Position numbers and translations under genes: made by a program. Shown in pieces: positions 12,961-25,522 of a DNA stretch of 64,000 nt. The notes under the pieces were generated by a model. The model saw nothing but the letters and a program-made list of their open reading frames with translations, did not search any database and was not told the DNA's origin. The stretch's first letter is position 1. Every line of letters starts with the position of its first letter. The stretch comes from Mobula hypostoma (taxonomy: Eukaryota), in NCBI RefSeq assembly GCF_963921235.1, contig NC_086097.1, positions 197,410,001 through 197,474,000 on the forward strand, in the 5' to 3' direction.

Positions 12961-13531
12961 TACTCTGAGGGGTTATACTGTACTATGCAAGTACAACCTT
13001 GGTCTCTTATTGTAGAAGGCACATATTTGAAGAGATTTTTTTGAGGTTTTACAGCACGAGCTCAGTTTAGTACCAACATAACCTTGAGGCCTGTTGTTTT
13101 TTGTTAAGCCAATGTGATAGCATCACAAATTGTTCAAAGTCTGACTGGAATAATTGCGGAAGCTGTCAATTTTTTCAGACATTAAAATAGGCTTGCATCA
13201 GGAGCTGAAGATGTATAAATAGATTTCCATTGATCTAACCATAAATCTCAGTTGACCCATAAATCCCTGTCTTTAAATATTGTGGTTTTTCAGAGTCTTA
13301 TGATTTACGGTCATGATGCTTTGAGTTTCATCTAATTTTTTAAAATCAATTTTGAAGATATCTATTTATATTCATGCACGTTATGTGTAGATGATGCTGA
13401 ATTGTCATCTACCATTAACAAATTTTAATGTTTCATGCACTTCGTGTTGAGCTACTGTATAAAGCCCTATGCCATTTTGAATTTTCTTATTTTTTATTTG
13501 TGCATTAGTAGCTCCTCAATGTATATATTTA

Positions 13532-13800
13532 TTTAGAGATACAGTCTGGAGCAGGCCTTTTAGGCTATTTGAGCTGGGCTATCCGGCAACCCATCAACTT
13601 AACCCTAGTCGAATCGTGGGAGAATTTACACTAAGCAATTAACATCCTAACCATCTTTGGACTGTGGTAGGAAACTGGAGCACACGGAGGAAACCCACAT
13701 GCATACGCGAAGGAATGCACAAACTTGCTTACAGATGATGCCAGAATTGAACTCTGATTTCGACATCCTGAGCTGTAATAGCCATTACGCTACCATGGCT
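13532..13800 (-). mobile_element. V-SINE (HE1-like) with tRNA-derived head and CR1-type tail
   Basis: V-domain on the minus strand (GTGGGTTTCCTCCGTGTGCTCCAGTTTCCTACCACAGTCCAAAGA); B-box-like GAGTTCAATTC. Confidence 0.8.
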
Positions 13801-14056
13801 ATTGAATAATAATTTTAAACAATTTTTTGTATGATATCAGAATTGTGAAGTTATACTTGCAAAATAAGACCAAGCAGGCTCATGTATAGATGCATTGAGA
13901 ACTAGATAAACATGTAGCAGAATAATATCAAAATATAAAATGATAGATCATTTTGGCTAATTGACTTATTTGTCACACAATATAATAACTAGTTATCTAT
14001 GATTATTTTGAATGAGTGCACAATACTTAGAATTACAAATGAACATCTTTATTCAG

Positions 14057-14151
14057 ATAAACTCTTCAAATATGCCTTTGTCCTGTTGTCCCATGAACGT
14101 TTGCGAAGCCATGCTGTGGAGATGGAAAGTGATAATTGGATTAATGTGTTG
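14057..14151 (+). CDS. Candidate coding exon (DKLFKYAFVLLSHERLRSHAVEMESDNWINVL, phase 1 to 0) with a GC splice donor
   Basis: tctttattcag|ATAAAC...GTGTTG|gcaagt; 95 nt, open frame, with an in-frame stop just past the donor. Confidence 0.65.
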
Positions 14152-16061
14152 GCAAGTTAATTACAATACTTGAAAGGAAGTTACTGTAATTATATCCTTG
14201 TATTTCATTATCTGTTCCTTTTAATATTTCTGCATGTTAAAAATACTGTTTTTAGGTATTTCTCCATTGGAAGTGGTGGGAGATGCATTAAAAATGGCAA
14301 TAATTTTATGCTTGTTATTGATGACAATGGGAAATACGTGTTATCAACAATGAATTTCATAACTGAATTAGAGGAAATATTTCTGTAATTGTGGACAAAC
14401 TCCTAAACTGCTCAGCCTGCACTATTCCTTCAGTGTACTTAAAATGTTGGAATTATGGTCCACAGTGAGTTTTGATGTTTTATGTTAAATTTAATGCATT
14501 CCATCATGAATAGGATAGCCATCAGGATAACTTATAGAGCTATTGGGAATAAAATTCATTGAATTAAGTATTTTGAAAGCAGTCCATTTACTTGCAATTT
14601 TATATTTCCTACTCCCAACATAAAATGCATTTTTTATTTACAGCCTTTAACCAGCTAATAAATGGATACGAAGTTGATGAAAGCATAGATGCATATTTTA
14701 GCAGTGTAGTTGTTTTGCGTTAGAAGTTGAAATTGTCACTTGTGTGAATTTAAGACCCAAAATGTACTTATGGGCTTATTACAATGCAAAGTTTCCAAGC
14801 AATTTTGTGTTCAGTTTTAGCCAATGACAGAGGAGAGGGGTGGGTTCATGGTTAATGTAACTAGTTTGTTGACAGAGAGAATGTTGCCAGTTTTAACATG
14901 CTGTATACTGAACTAGAGAGAATTTTATTCTATCTGGTACTAAATGCCAATCAAGTGATCATGTAGTTTAAATACAGGGAAGAAATGAAGGGAATTGGTA
15001 GTGCGCAGGTTGAGCTGAGTGCTATAAGTATTTTGTTAAAAATGATGTTCTTTTTCAGATGTAGTTGATGGGCAGCAGATTTGTTGATTGTTGTTGATTC
15101 ATATGGACTATTCCATATTTCAAAAAATAAGAAAAATGATTTCATGAGTAATGAATATTTCTCCAATTAGGAATGCTGCAAGATGTGTTCTCACTTATTA
15201 AAGCATAATTGTTTATTTAATAAATATAGCTTTGGCTTGACAGCTGCATAATTATTGTTCATTATGAGATAATTTGACAGGAAAATACGGCTTTTTCTCA
15301 ATGATGTGGCCATTGCTGGATAATATCTTTTTAATGTTTATAAGTATTGAACTGAAGGCTTGGTAGGCCATTTCAAGGGGTAGGTCAGAATCAATATGGT
15401 GTTAAGTCTGGTGTCTTGAATGAGCAAATTTCATTCCCTGTTAATGGGGGTTTACAGCTGTGTGGTGATTTTATGGTCATAATTATTTATACTATTTGTT
15501 CTGAATTTATTTAATTGCTTGACTTTTAGATTCCCTAGTACTGTGATTTGTTTCAAGTTCTTAACTTGGGATAAATAATTCAGTTGCTTTGATGCTTGTT
15601 CAGTAACTTAATCTCAGGACTACCTGATCAAGAAAGATGAAGATGCTATGGCTAAATTATCTAATAATATTATGCCATGAATAATATTCAGGTAGTTATG
15701 CATTCATGGGACTCATCTTCACAAATGACAGTTGAAAAATTGAAGTTTGTAATTATAGTAGAGAAATTTAAGGTATGCAAAGAATATTTGGATTTCTGAG
15801 ATCTACCTATTAACTTTCATTAAGTTGCTTCTTTTAACAAATAGGACAAGCGGCCCATTTATTTACCTCAGTAATATTTGTACTGTATAAAAATATAATT
15901 ATCTTAGTCATAGATGATGCACGATTTTAATATTTAAAATTAATTGTATGCAGTTGAAACTGCTGTAACAATTCAAAGTGAATACTGAGTCATGCCAATT
16001 TTATCTTTATTAGAGATTGTTATCTGTGTAATGCTACTACCTGTTACTCTGCTGGTTGTAG

Positions 16062-16108
16062 GAAGATGCATTCTGGGAAATCAACCAAAGTGCAGGCCAA
16101 TTTCTGGA
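16062..16108 (+). CDS. Candidate coding exon (EDAFWEINQSAGQFLE...); 3' end uncertain (16108 or 16133)
   Basis: ctctgctggttgtag|GAAGATGCA continues the phase-0 frame of the previous exon. Both possible donors are weak (GA|gtatca, GGA|gtaatc). Confidence 0.4.
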
Positions 16109-16219
16109 GTATCATTTTTCAAATTTGAATGGAGTAATCATTTACAATGCAAACACCTTTTTGTTCGTAATAAATTTTATGAATTCAAACTGGTATCCCA
16201 AAGATCATTTATCAAAGTA

Positions 16220-17811
16220 CAGGTTTCCCCTGCCATTCGAAGGTAGAGCGTTCCTCTGAAATGGTTCGTCAGCCGGAATGTCGTAAAGCGAAGAAGCAAT
16301 TACCATTTATTTATATGAGAAAATTTTGTGAGCATTTGTAGACCCAAAAATAACCTACCAAATCATGCCAAATAACACATAAAACCTAAAATAACAGTAA
16401 CATATAGTAAAAGCAGGAATGATATGATAAATACACAGCCTATATAAAGTAAAAATACTTTTCCACAATCATTTAGCGAAAATCTCACGCAAGCGCCGTC
16501 GGCAAAAACACGGCGCAAATGCTCTCGGCAGAAAACCTCACGCAAGCGCAGTTGGCAAAAACACTCTCCAGTAACCTTTAAGCTATGAAGCTGCCAAATC
16601 ATACCAAACAACGCGTAAAAATGCACAGCTTATATAAAGTAGAAATAATGTATGTACAGTGTAGTATCACTTATGGGAATCGGGAAGACAGCGCAGAGCA
16701 CACTGATGATGGTGTATTAGGCTCAGTCGTTGGAGTTTGGGTGGTGCAGTGGCCCTCACCTCTGGGCCACCGATCGATACTGATCCGCGAAGAATGAGGT
16801 GGTCCAGTGGGAGCCGGGAGGCACACAGCACAACTTTAAGAAAAAAGCTGAAATAAACAAGCTAATTAATTAGGTGCCGCCTGGCACATATATGTTGGCC
16901 CAGATCAGAGGCGATTGCTGATTGTGTCGCCTCTGATCTGGGCCGACATTTACATGCCGGGCAGCACCTAATTCATTAGCTTGTTTATTTCGGCTTTTTT
17001 CGTAAAGATGTGCTGTGTGCCTCTCGGTTACCGCTGCATTCTCCGCGAATCGGTATCTGTCCGCGGCCTGGGGGTTGGGGTCATCGTCGTCTGTTTCCAT
17101 TTGGGCAGGCAGCTCATCTTCTCCTATGACAGCCCACCTCGATGTCGAAGGTCGAGGTTCGTCATCTGCTGTGGCTGGTGTGGAAGGCTTGCTTGACTGC
17201 TTAGCCTCATGCATTTTTCTATCATATAGTTCTTTGTAAGCACTCAAACCATCCTGCAAATATGCCCTAAACTGATGTACCCTTTCAAAATTAAAGTCGT
17301 ACTTTATCATTGCAGTGAAAATCTCACGCGGTCACTTTCGGTCCGTTCGCTACTGCAGTCGGTTTTGATTGTTATCCTTTCCTCTTCCAATTGCATCAGC
17401 TCTTCATGTAGCAGTTCTTGGTCATGGGATGCCACAACCTCTTCAAGATTATCTTCGTCAACTTCTACAAGCCAAACTCACTTTGTCCTTGCTTCATTCA
17501 CCACGATCGAAACGCTTAATTATGTCTAGTTTTACGCTAAGTGTAACACCCTTACGAGCTCTTTCAGGCTTTTCTGATACCTTAGAACTCATCTTGCAAA
17601 CAGCTGCTCACAGGCACGTGTTTAAGTAAAGCCGGCGAGAATGCAGTTCCGAATCCGGGGGAGAGCGGCTGCTCGTGGCGCGATTTTTTTGCGTGCTGCC
17701 TTTTTTCGTAACAGTGAAAACACCTTCTGTTCGCGAAAACAGGAACTAATGTAGGTCTTTCGTGACAGTGAGGTTTCGTAAAGGGAAGGTTCGAAAAGCA
17801 GGGGACACCTG
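16220..17811 (-). mobile_element. Non-autonomous Tigger/pogo-type DNA transposon (1592 bp)
   Basis: TA TSD (16218-19, 17812-13). TIRs CAGGTTTCCCCTGCCATTCGAA and reverse-complement CAGGTGTCCCCTGCTTTTCGAA. TIGD1-like C-terminus YDFNFERV...AYKELYDRK on the minus strand. Confidence 0.9.
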
Positions 17812-18788
17812 TACCTCCCTCTGCAGTTGAATCCTCGACTTCCTAACTGGAAGACCACAATCTGTGCGGATTGATGATAATACATCCTGCTTGCTGACGA
17901 TCAATACTGTCGCACCTCAGGGGTGTGTGCTTAGCCCACTGCTTTACTCTCTATATACCCATGACTGTGTAGCTAGGCATAGCTCAAATGCCATCTATAA
18001 ATTTACTGACGATACAAACATTGTTGGTAGAATCTCAAGTGATGACAAAAGGGTGTACAGGAGTGAGATGTGCCAACTAGTGGAGTGGTGTCACAGCAAC
18101 AACCTGGCACTCAACGTCAGGAAGACGAAAGAGCTGATTGTGGACTTCAGGAAGGGCAAGACGAAGGAACACATACCAATCCTCATAGAGGGATCTGAAG
18201 TGGGCAGTTACAAATTCCTGGGTGTCAAGACCTCTGAGGATCTAACCTGGTCCCAACATATTGATGTAGTTATAAAGAAGGCAAGGCAGCGACTGTATTT
18301 GGAAATTGAAGAGATTTGGCATGTCAACAAATACACTCAAAAACTTGTATAGTTGTACTGTGGAGAGCACTCTGACAGGCTACATCAGTGTCTGGTATGG
18401 AAGGGCTACTGCAAAGTACCGAAAGAAGCTGCAGAAGGTAGTGAATCTAGTCAGCTCCGTCTTGGGTACTAGCCTACGAAGTATCTAAGACATCTTCAAG
18501 GGGCGATGTCTCAGAGAGGCAGTACCCATTACTAAGAACCTCCAGCACCCAGCGCATGCCCTTTTCTCACTGTTACTATCAGGTGGGAGGTACAGAAGCC
18601 TGAAGGAACAGCTTCTTCCCCTCTGCCATCTGATTCCTAAATGGACATTGAATCTTTGGTCACTACCTCACTTTTTTTTAATATACAGTATTCCTGTTTT
18701 TGCACATTTTTTCATCTATTCAATATATGCATACCATGATTGATTCACTTATTTATTATTACTATTATTTTTATTTTATTTGTTATTA

Positions 18789-20478
18789 TGTAGCCTGGGG
18801 AAAAGTACACACTCAGGACAACAGATACTTTTCCAGGTTTTAATTCCTTTATCTGTTTTAGATGTTTTAGTGCCGGAAGAGGGTCTCAAAACAAAACGAA
18901 CAAATTTAGATTAGATTAGATTAGATTCAACTTTATTGTCATTGTGCCGAGTACAGATACAAAGCCAATGAAATGCAGTTAGCATCTGACCAGAAGTGCA
19001 AAGAATAGTGATATTTACAAAATAACAGCCAATAAAAAGTAAGTGCTACAGCACACAAATATAAAAGTACTGAGACAGTACAATATGGGTGTAATTCTGC
19101 TTAGCGCTGTGATGTGAGGTTCAGCAGGGTCACAGCCTCAGGGAAGAAGCTCTTCCTGTGCCTGCTGGTGTGGGAGTGGAGGCTCCTGTAACGCCTACTG
19201 GATGGGAGGAGAGTAAAAAGTTCATGGTGAGGGTGATAATGCTTTTCGCCCTGCCCAGGCGGCGTTTATGGTAGATGTTCTCAATGGTGGGCAATTGGGT
19301 GCCGATAATCCGCTGGGCAGTTTTCACCACACGCTGGAGTGCTTTGCGGTCCGATACCGGACAATTGTCATACCACACTGAGATGCAGTTGGTGAGTACG
19401 CTGTCAATGGTACAGCGGTAAAAGCCTGTCAGTATCCTGGGACAGAGGTGAGCTTTCTTGATGCTGTTGCGCCTTTTTGATCAGGATGGAGGAGTTCAGG
19501 GACCAGGTGAGATCCTCGGAAATGTGAACAGCAAGGAATTTGAATCTTGATACACGCTCCGCTACAGCTCTGTTGATGTAGATGGGGACTTGAGTGTGTC
19601 TCCTAGCATGCCTGAAGTCCACAATGATCTCCATGGTCTTCTGGGTGTTAAGGGCCAGGTTGTTGCCAGCCAATTCTTGCCGTTACAATCTCTGTTTAAC
19701 TTTCGATCCACACCCTTGTGTATCGACAAATTGCGTATGCAGTGTAAAAATACATAAAGCAAACCGTGCAGAACAACTACAAAACTAATACAGAACTAAT
19801 ACGAAACTAATACAGTAGTGGCAATTCTGAAGGAACACAATACAAACAACATTAGAATCCCACCAACCCTGTACCTTAGACATAGCAGCGAAAATGTAAG
19901 TGAATACATTTCATCCAAGACGTCTACTACTTTTTAGTGCACACGTGCTGAACTTCCAAACAGAGACTAAACATTCACGTTACACTGTTACAATCACAAT
20001 CAGTCATGATACAATAAATTTAGACAAAAGGTACGCTTTGGCACGACTTTTACAAGATATTTCCTGGTAGTTAGATTACAGGAAGACTGACCTACTTGGC
20101 CAGTAAGGAACTTTGCACAAGTCACGCTGTCCAGCGCAGATGCCTTCACTCATGAAAATCTAAAGCATCCACATGTAAAACATGTCAAATTACCGATCTT
20201 CTCAATTTGCCAACAAGCATGAACGAATTCACATGGATATCGTCAATTAATACTCACCGTTCCTCACCATGCCCAGTATCTCTGGGAGGAACTTAATCCC
20301 AAAGCCCCACCAGCTTCTTCTGCCAAAAACAAAAATAGTCTCCCCACTATCCCACGCATGCGTAATGACATCACTGTCTCCACTTAAAGGCACAGACAAC
20401 TATTCTAACCTTACCTGGATGGATACCTAAGTACACTTTTAACAATAGTGAATAAGATTCAACGGTCACCTGGTTACA
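18789..20478 (-). mobile_element. Solo LTR (~920 bp without its nested insert), probably Gypsy-class
   Basis: Termini TGTAGCCTGG and CCTGGTTACA (8/10 inverted match); 4-bp TSD ATTA (18785-88, 20479-82). Strand inferred from ATTAAA near 18840. Confidence 0.75.
18906..19673 (-). mobile_element. Rex1/Babar LINE 3' fragment nested in the solo LTR
   Basis: NNLALNTQKTMEIIVDFR and RKALQRVVKTAQRIIG; (TCTAA)4 tail at 18906-18926. Confidence 0.9.
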
Positions 20479-20599
20479 ATTATTATTATTGTTATTATTA
20501 TCTTCTCTGCTAGATGATGTATTGCATTGAACTGCTGCTGCAAAGTTGACAAATTTCACGTCATATGCCGGTGATAATAAACCTGATTCTGATTCTGAC

Positions 20600-21448
20600 A
20601 TTATACAGCCTTGGGATTAGTCTCCTTGCAGGCAACCACAAGACAAGAACCTCAAAATAGTTCATAAGAAAAAGACTGAAAAACACCCATTGTGGGGAGG
20701 GGGAGGGGGAGAGGAAAAGAAAAGTAAGTAAATAACATTTATAATGAAAGTGAGTTCTCAGATACAGAGCCCAGAGCAGGCCCACAGTCACAGCCTCAGT
20801 TTAGCACAGAGTAAAGTAAATGTTGCAGAGTCTGCAGACACAAAACCCGGAACAGGGCCTCAGCCTCAGCCTCAGTGCAGTGCAGAGCGGAGTAACTGTC
20901 ACGCAGCAGTGAGCAGAGCCATCCTAACCCTTGCCTGTGGTCCCAACACCCTGCCTTTTCAATCCATCTGGCCTGTCATTTAAAATCATCCAAACATTGG
21001 GTCATTCCTTGCTCTAAGACCTGGACCCTGTTGCATTAATCAGGCTGTGCTTGGACCCCACTACCACGTTTCTGCCCTTACCCACCCTTTCTAAATTGGC
21101 CTGTTGCCTAGATTGATCATGCGTTGCTCTCGGTTTAGGTGAACGGGCTCTGAATCTGCCTTTCCTCTTGTTCGGACACCCCAACTCAGTTTTGAAAAGG
21201 CCTCGACCTCGCTCCGGCTTCTCGAGCATACCTCGACCTCTCTCTGGCCTCGCCTCGCACTCGCATGCTTCAACACTTGACTCTGCTTCGCCTTCGCTCA
21301 CCTCTTCTTGGTTTGTGTGATTGTTTACCATAATTAATTGTTTACAGAAAAAGTGTTATTAGTAAAGTATTTAGTTGTATTTCTTGTTTTGATAACCACC
21401 TGTAATCTGTCGCACACCCTCAGCCGTACCATCTTAAACTGGAAGCGA
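20600..21448 (-). mobile_element. Probable non-autonomous retroposon with a Rex1-like 3' UTR and a non-coding body
   Basis: Minus strand starts CTTCCAGTTTAAGATGG. Its end (TTGCCTGCAAGGAGACTAATCCCAAGGCTGTATA) resembles the Rex1 3' UTRs at ~7030-7060 and ~40430-40460. Confidence 0.5.
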
Positions 21449-21597
21449 TATATGATATTTATGTGATATATCCCTGCTTTTTCTGTAGTCAAAGCATACA
21501 ATTGCTCCAAATCACAAATGGACGAATTATAGGCAAGAGCAATAGCTAACACTGAATGTCAAGATTCTGAAATAAAACAAAGCAGAACAAAATTTTA

Positions 21598-21709
21598 AAC
21601 AAGAGAAGATCTGCAGATGCTGGAAATCCAAGCAACACGCACAGAATGCTGGAGGAACTCAGCAGGCAAGGCAGCATCTATGGAAAAAAGTACAGTCGAC
21701 GTTTTGAGT
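21598..21709 (-). mobile_element. Short Penelope-derived insert, truncated inside the hammerhead motif
   Basis: 14-bp TSD AGAACAAAATTTTA (21584-97, 21710-23). Same terminal module as 5930-6066, from a different subfamily. Confidence 0.8.
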
Positions 21710-22323
21710 AGAACAAAATTTTATCTGTGATGAGAGAACCGTTAACAATATCAGTGAATAACCATTTTTCAGTATGTTGTATTCAGCCTCTTGTTTCTCC
21801 TGTTCCCTTTCTCCTTTTAGAAGAACAATAATAAGCTTAATAACCAGGCCTATCCATTGGCCTTATTCCTTCTTGGCATATGAGCAAAGAAGTGGGACAA
21901 TGAGACACTCAAGACATATTGAGAGTGATGATGACTGGAACAGAAGTTACATTTTGTGGCAAACTACACATTGCTGTGAAATCAAAATAATTTATCTAAA
22001 GTGATTTTGAGAGCCAGAAATTGTGAGAGAGCAGGCAAGGTCTTTGTGACAAGGTGCTACATGTTGTCTGGATATTTTGTTTTTCTTATGTTAAACTTGA
22101 AAGGAGGTGGGGTTGGACAACAAGGCAAATTTGAATTTTCACTACGTTGGTTAAACATGGGGCAGATTTACAAAAACAAACTGTAAAAAAGAAATATTAT
22201 CAAGCTGCAATCACCTTATTTACCCTGAAATCAATTAAGTTCAACTGTGTTTTTGCTGAAAATTTGGAATGACTTTATTGATATTAAGGAAGGAAAATTT
22301 CTGTGACCTGGACTTTCATTTTG

Positions 22324-23267
22324 CGGCGCAAACACGAGGAATTCTGCAGATGCTGGAAATTCAAGCAACACACATCAAAGTTGCTGGTGAACGCAGCAGG
22401 TCAGGCAGCATCTCCAGGAAGAGGTACAGTTGACGTTTCAGGCCGAGACCCTTCGTCAGGACTAACTGGAGGAAGAGCTAGTAAGAGATTTGAGAGGGGG
22501 AGAGGGAGATACAAAATGATAGGAGAAGACAGGACGGGGAGGGATGGAGCCAAGAGCTGGACAGGTGATTGGCAAAAGGGATACGAGAGGATCATGGGAC
22601 AGGAGGTCCGGGAAGAAAGACAAGTGGGGGGGAACCCAGAGGATGGGCAAGAGGTGTAGTCAGAGGGACAGAGGGAGAAAAAGGAGAGTGAGAGAAAGAA
22701 TGTGTGTATATAAATAACAGATGGGGTACGAGGGGGAGGTGGGGCATTAGCGGTAGTTAGAGAAGTCAATGTTCATGCCATCAGGTTGGAGGCTACCCAG
22801 ACGGAACATAAGGTGTGGTTCCTCCAACCTGAGTGTGGCTTCATCTTTACAGTAGAGGAGGCCGTGGACAGACATGTCAGAATGGGAATGGGATATGGAA
22901 TTAAAATGTGTGGCCACTGGGAGATCCTACTTTCTCTGGCGGACAGAGTGCCTCTGTCCCTCTGTCCCTCTGTCTATACCCCTTGCCCATCCTCTGGGTT
23001 TTTCCCCCCCTCCCCCTTTTCCTTCTCCCTGGGCCTCCTGTCCCATGATCCTCTCATATCCCTTTTGCCTATCACCTGTCCAGCTCATGGCTCCAACCTT
23101 CCCCCTCCTGTCTTCTCCTATCATTTTGGATCTCCCCCTCCCCCTCCCACTTTCAAATCTCTTACTAACTCTTCTTTCAGTTAGTCCTGACGAAGGGTCT
23201 CGGCCCAAAACGTCAACTGTACCTCTTCCTGACCTGCTGTGTTCACCAGCAACTTTGATGCGTGTTG
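22324..23267. mobile_element. Penelope-like element remnant: two inverted terminal copies, each with a hammerhead motif
   Basis: 11-bp TSD CTTTCATTTTG (22313-23, 23268-78). Minus copy 22324-~22948 ends its ORF with LGSLQPDGMNIDFSNYR; plus copy ~22950-23267. Confidence 0.85.
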
Positions 23268-23352
23268 CTTTCATTTTGGGGATTTTGTTGTACTTGGGGG
23301 AGACCTAGGAAATAGTTTTCCCATGTTGCTATTTTCTTTGTCCTTCTCAGTA

Positions 23353-23506
23353 CAGGTCGACTTTCACTAATCCGGCACCACTGGGACCTGAGGAGTGCTG
23401 GATTAGTGAAAATGCCGAATTACAGAAGGATCACATTAAGCATAATTGGTGCCGGATTATCGAAGGAATCGAATTACAGGTAGTTGGATTAGTGAAGGTC
23501 AGCCTG
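23353..23506. mobile_element. 154-bp Tc1/mariner-superfamily (Tigger-like) MITE, copy 1
   Basis: TA TSD; TIRs CAGGTCGACTTTCACTAATCC and GGATTAGTGAAGGTCAGCCTG; second copy at 42227-42379. Confidence 0.9.
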
Positions 23507-25522
23507 TATTAGAATTCATAATTTTATGTTCTATGGTAATTGCAGAGGCAGAGCATGAGGTTGCATTTTGTGGATGGTCAATTCTGCAATCATGATGCAC
23601 TAATGGTGAATGAGGCATGAGTCAAGCTAGTTGTTGGTGCTGCACATATCCATTGAAATAGAAATGATGCTTTCATGTTGTTGAGGTGCATCTTAATGCA
23701 CAGACAAGTTTTGTAGTGGGATTGGTGGAAAGTGATGGTCATCAGGTGGTTGTTCACTTAGCATGGAACTGCTTTGAGACACTCTTGATGGTCGGCTTAA
23801 AGATGTCATGGGAGCATGTGCCAGAATTTTTTTTAATGATTGATCATTTATCATTATAATATAGCATGGAAACAGGCACGAGGTCCACTCAGTCTTTTGT
23901 TAAGTGTGTAATTTGCTGCTTATTTCCCGAAAAGTCTCCATTTTGTATTACATTTGCTGCATATGGATAGATACTACTGTATTATTTGAGGACTAGCAAA
24001 TGGAATTGAATTCTGTGCAATAATCCATGATATGGATCTCAAAGGAGGCAAAAGTACGTTATCCACTGTGTGCTTTTGGCTGTAAATGGTTTTAAATGCT
24101 TTCAATCAAAAGGTGGATCCTGCCATCATTCAAGATGCAGATGTCCATAGAATGACGTTATCCTGTTATTTGAATTTTTCCCCCTCAATCATGACTGGTT
24201 CTACAGGACTGCAGACCTTTAGCTGGATTTGTTGCTTGAGGGGTTGCTTAACTACCTGAAATGTGCTAATTTTGCTGTTCAGAATGAATGCAGTTCTGTT
24301 GCAGCTTCTCCAGTTTGCCAAATTAATCTGCAGAGTACTACAATGATTGTGAAAATCTGTAGACTTTTGATTTGGAGCCAGTCCAATGAAAATAACTCTT
24401 TGAATTAGACTAATTAAATATCTTCCTGTGCCTCAACTGCTTGTGAGACTAAATAGATTGTTTTCCAAAAGCTGGTGTTAATTGGCCTCCACATAATTTT
24501 ACAATCAAAAACTCTAATAACATTGTGACTAAAATTAATTCAATGATATAACGTGATGTGACATGTGAGACTACTATACTTGTAATGCAATATCTATGTA
24601 TGCTGTATGTTTTTCTAAAAATGGCTTCTTCCCCAACAATAATTTAATAAGGCAATCAAAATTTGGACTTAATGTAATGTTAGTCATCTTGAAAAGTTGA
24701 AAAATGTTATTGGAGTGCAAATTATTCTTTACCATATTACCAACGTTTGTATTTCGCACCAAAAGATGAGCCAACTACAGAGGTTCATTGTTCCTAAGTG
24801 TAAACTTGAAAACAAGACCAGTAACTTAAGGTGTTGATGATGAGTACAATCTGATGCTCAAAGATATATTCTTCTGTTTGGGAGTCTTAATACATTGGGG
24901 TTCATTCAGGATCTGTCTGAAAGCTTAGCAGTTGTTAGGTGTGTTTTCAAATGTAGTGGATGTCTGAAACATTAAAAAAAAATTGTGGTTTTTCTGTGTA
25001 TCAGTATTAATTTTAGAAATTTACTTATGTCATGATTTCAGCTCAAAACCAAATACAGGGATTTCTATTTGGAATAACAAATTACAGTTTGGCATAGTAT
25101 GTTGAGCATTGTCACGGATTCAAAACACTGCCAGATAGTTGGATCTTACTTGTTTAAAAAAAATGCTTTTAAAGAATTTGTTGAAGTGTTGATGGGAGCT
25201 GTGACCTGCATTAAATAATTTCTCTGCCAAATTTGAAAGAGAGCATTGTCTCTGATGCACAGTATATAATGGTTATCGAGTCATAGAGCAATACAGCAGG
25301 AATACAATTATAACATTTATAACAGATTTTAAATGGTGTTCAAAAATCTGAAATGGTTTGAATGCATGTAGATGGTTGTATATTGTTTACATGCTTGTGT
25401 GAGGTATTTAACATGCAAAGTACTCATTTGGGACCTTGCCCACTTCCTCTGGCTCCAGGCAGAGATTCCCTCCGTTTTCCTCCCCTTTCACTAGCTACTA
25501 CCTTGCTCCTAATGTGCATATA

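Larger units (their letters stand above)
17814..20598 (+). mobile_element. Rex1/Babar LINE, 5'-truncated, with its 3' UTR split by a solo LTR (18789-20478)
   Basis: ORF 17864-18352 (APQGCVLSPLLYSLYTHDC...KFTDDT...KTKELIVDFRK). The 3' UTR resumes at 20479 and ends AATAAACCTGATTCTGATTCTGA. Confidence 0.88.

Noticed and set aside
21821..21945. Strong polypyrimidine tract plus AG as an exon start
   Set aside because: No convincing donor follows and the peptide is unconvincing.
22303..23308. Six overlapping 60-145 aa ORFs on both strands
   Set aside because: They are a by-product of purine/pyrimidine-skewed Penelope terminal repeats that are poor in stop codons.
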